This document shows positions 61,338 to 64,000 of a stretch of DNA of 64,000 nucleotides, one piece after another (positions within the stretch are counted from its first letter, which is position 1; every line of letters begins with the position of its first letter). The notes beneath the pieces were generated by a model that was not told the DNA's origin, searched no databases, and saw nothing but the letters and a program-made list of their open reading frames with translations. Source of the stretch: Candidatus Poribacteria bacterium (GTDB lineage: Bacteria; Poribacteria; WGA-4E; WGA-3G); the NCBI GenBank assembly GCA_965242965.1, contig OZ251518.1, positions 5,152,001-5,216,000 of the forward strand. Reading direction: 5' to 3'. The position numbers and the translations under genes were made by a program.

Positions 61338-62023
61338 TAGGGTGGATAAAAATGCAAATGCGTTAAGCCCCTTCATCGTAGGGCCTGGGCCCTCGCATGC
61401 CACGCGTGCATGCGAGCGGGTTCCCCTCGCCATGCGTTTTGCTGTCAGCCTGCATCACCTCTGTAGGTCAGGAGCGCCTGCTCCTGACCTGTTTGTGATC
61501 AGGCGATCACAAACTACAGAGGTGGGCCCAATGCCTTCCAGTAGGAGAGACCTCCTGGTCTCGATGCAATAGGACGGCGCGCCTCACCCCTGTAGGTCAG
61601 GATCGCCTGATCCTGATCCGTTTGTGATCAGGCGATCACAAACTACAGAGAGGGGACCTAAAACGCCATCTCTTGACGATGGAGATCGCGGGGGACAGGC
61701 CCCCGCGCTACGGGAAAAAACGCTTCCCCTTCACCGTAGGGCGAGGGCCTGTCCCTCGCCATCGTTCGGGCCCTCCAACGCTCGCGGGGGACAGGCCCCG
61801 CGCTACGGGAAAAAACGCCCCTTCACCGTAGGGCGAGGGCCTGTCCCTCGCCATCGTTCGGGCCCTCCAACGCTCGCGGGGGACAGGCCCCCGCACTACG
61901 GGCACATCGAGACCAGAGGTATCTCCTACGGGGATGCATCGAGACCAGGAGGTCTCTCCTACCGGGGAGAATTGAGACCCGAGGTCTCTCCTACCGAACG
62001 CATCGAAATATGAAATACCCTCA
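61338..62023. mobile_element. REP cluster in a MITE-like shell (right TIR clear, left degenerate)
   Basis: TATGAAATACCCTCA at right end; A, B, C, D palindromes inside. Confidence 0.72.
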
Positions 62024-62079
62024 TTTTTGCGCGTGATATTTTTCTTGCATAACACTCATCAATGTGGTATCATAAACGT

Positions 62080-63948
62080 ATGCACGAAAAAGAACCCTGC
62101 GCGCCACGCCGCTTTATCTTCGGAACCCTCGTCTTCGGTTCCATTCTCATCATCCTCACCTGCTATTGGATTATCTCTGCAGAAAACCGTGTGGTGTGGG
62201 AGTTGACAGATTTCTCCATCTTCCCCACCGTGCTGTTCACGTTTTTCCTGCTGGCTGTGATTTCGCCGCTGCTCACCCGGTTCCTCAAAAATTTCGCGCC
62301 TACCTCACGCGAGCTCGCGATGACGTACGTGATGGTATCTGTCGCGACCGCGCTCGCTGGGCACGACATCGTGCGGCAACTCGTGCCGATGATTGTGAAC
62401 GCCGGCTGGTTCGCAACCCCCGAAAATGAGTGGGCATCGCTGTTCTTCCGATTCATGCCGACATGGCTGACGATTACTGACAGACGCATCCTGCAAGGCT
62501 ATTTTGAAGGCGACGACACTTTCTGGCAGCGGCACTATCTGGAAGCGTGGATGTGGCCCATCATCGCATGGAGCGCGCTGGTTGTCGTGCTGCTGTTTAT
62601 GATGCTGTGCGTTAATATCATCATCCGAAAACAGTGGATCGACCACGAGAAGTTGAGTTATCCTCTCACAACGCTGCCGGTAGAACTCCTCGGCAACACC
62701 TCTTCTCTGTTTCGGAACAAACTGATCTGGCTCGGTTTCGGGATTGCGTTCGGGTTAGAAATCCTCGCCGGTTTCAATTATTTGTTTCCGGTGCTGCCAT
62801 CGCTGAAAATCAAATATCAGCTCGTCTTTTCAGAGCGTCCGTGGAACGCGATGGGCCGACTGCCTGTCTACGTTTATCCGTTTGCGATAGGGCTCGGCTA
62901 TCTGATGCCGCTGGAATTATCGCTGTCGTTTTGGTTTTTCTACCTGTTCTGGGGTATGCAACGCATCTTTTTCAGCGCGATAGGGTGGACAACCGCCATC
63001 GGCTTCCAGACGGAGCAGCGCGGCGGTGCTTGGCTCGGCATCGGGGTGCTCGCGCTGGTGACGAGTCGGCGGCAAATCCTGCAAGTGCTCGGCGGCGTGT
63101 TCGCCTTTAAATCCAAAGACAGGCTCTATTACCTCGCCGTTTTCGGGCTGCTCATCGGGCTTGCCATCGTGCTGACATTTTGGTATTTCGCCGGGTTGTC
63201 ACCGTGGGTAGCACTCGGCTATTTTGTCATCTATCTGGTACTGTGCATTGCGATGACGCGCATGCGCGCCGAACTCGGCCCGCCAACACACGAGTTGCAC
63301 AACATGCATCCCGACAGAATCATGCTCTTGTTCGCTGGCAGCCGCCCGTTAGGCGCGCAAAATCTGACGAATACGACGCTGCTATCGTGGCTCGCGTATG
63401 GCTACCGATGCCACCCGATGCCGCATCAATTGGAGGCGTTCAAAATCGGCAGACACTTCAACTTGCGCGAAAACCGCCTGGTCATCGCCTTGATTGTCGC
63501 CTCAATTGTCGGTGCAGTCGTCTCTGTTGTCGGACATGTTGCACTCTATTATGAATACCGATTTGCGCGATGGGGAGTCGGCGAGTTTAATCGCTTGCAA
63601 AGTTGGATTACCGCGCCGCGCACCCCGAACCTCCCCGCTATCCAACACATCACATTCGGATTCGGCTTGACTGTCGCCCTGACATTTCTCAAACGGCAGT
63701 TTCTGTGGTGGCCGTTCTATCCGGTGGGTTACGCTGTCGGCAACGGTTGGGCGATCGGCTGGATGTGGTTCTCCATTTTCTTAGGCTGGCTCTTCAAGCA
63801 GCTGCTCTTCACCGGCGGCGGTGTGCGCGCATATCGCAAGGCGTTACCGCTGTTCCTCGGGCTCATCTTCGGGCAGTTCCTCGCCGGAAGCCTGTGGAGT
63901 CTACTCGGCGTAGTGCTGAACATGAATATGTATACGCTCTTTCCTTGA
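62080..63948 (+). CDS. Polytopic membrane protein (DUF6785/DUF6784-like, transporter-like)
   Basis: Many TM segments; QW-DHEKLSYPL, RMRAELG, WWPFYPVGY, PLFLGLIFG. Confidence 0.75.
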   Translation: MHEKEPCAPRRFIFGTLVFGSILIILTCYWIISAENRVVWELTDFSIFPTVLFTFFLLAVISPLLTRFLKNFAPTSRELAMTYVMVSVATALAGHDIVRQLVPMIVNAGWFATPENEWASLFFRFMPTWLTITDRRILQGYFEGDDTFWQRHYLEAWMWPIIAWSALVVVLLFMMLCVNIIIRKQWIDHEKLSYPLTTLPVELLGNTSSLFRNKLIWLGFGIAFGLEILAGFNYLFPVLPSLKIKYQLVFSERPWNAMGRLPVYVYPFAIGLGYLMPLELSLSFWFFYLFWGMQRIFFSAIGWTTAIGFQTEQRGGAWLGIGVLALVTSRRQILQVLGGVFAFKSKDRLYYLAVFGLLIGLAIVLTFWYFAGLSPWVALGYFVIYLVLCIAMTRMRAELGPPTHELHNMHPDRIMLLFAGSRPLGAQNLTNTTLLSWLAYGYRCHPMPHQLEAFKIGRHFNLRENRLVIALIVASIVGAVVSVVGHVALYYEYRFARWGVGEFNRLQSWITAPRTPNLPAIQHITFGFGLTVALTFLKRQFLWWPFYPVGYAVGNGWAIGWMWFSIFLGWLFKQLLFTGGGVRAYRKALPLFLGLIFGQFLAGSLWSLLGVVLNMNMYTLFP

Positions 63949-64000
63949 GAATTTCCGGTCAAGGTCTGAGCACAACCAGGTCAGGAGCAGGCACTCCTGA

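Overview
Bacterial chromosomal window. The gene repertoire (many Gfo/Idh/MocA oxidoreductases, PhyH dioxygenase, lamin-tail and WD40 proteins with FlgD/T9SS-like C-termini, FGE-family protein) suggests Candidatus Poribacteria; this is an inference, not a database result. It contains metabolic and envelope genes (lexA, PBP1A, dtd, four glycosyltransferases, a frameshifted Cu-ATPase), a UGA-readthrough selenoprotein candidate, a type II R-M pair and a defence island (SNF2 helicase ... DUF1156 methylase, DUF499 ATPase) with accessory genes inside it. The most notable signals are: (1) a dense family of GTAG-type REP palindromes, roughly 6 kb by summing cluster coordinates, packed into MITE-like shells with 15-bp terminal inverted repeats, inserted in frame inside at least four proteins and overlapping stop codons; (2) a 1561-bp recombinase-less element with paralogous HTH genes and terminal tandem repeats that cleanly splits the restriction endonuclease gene; (3) duplicated promoter and gene-start remnants delimiting cassettes in the defence island; (4) a poly-C tract separating a large surface protein from its start codon. 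No rRNA, tRNA, CRISPR array, transposase or reverse transcriptase was seen. All family calls come from motif recognition by eye.
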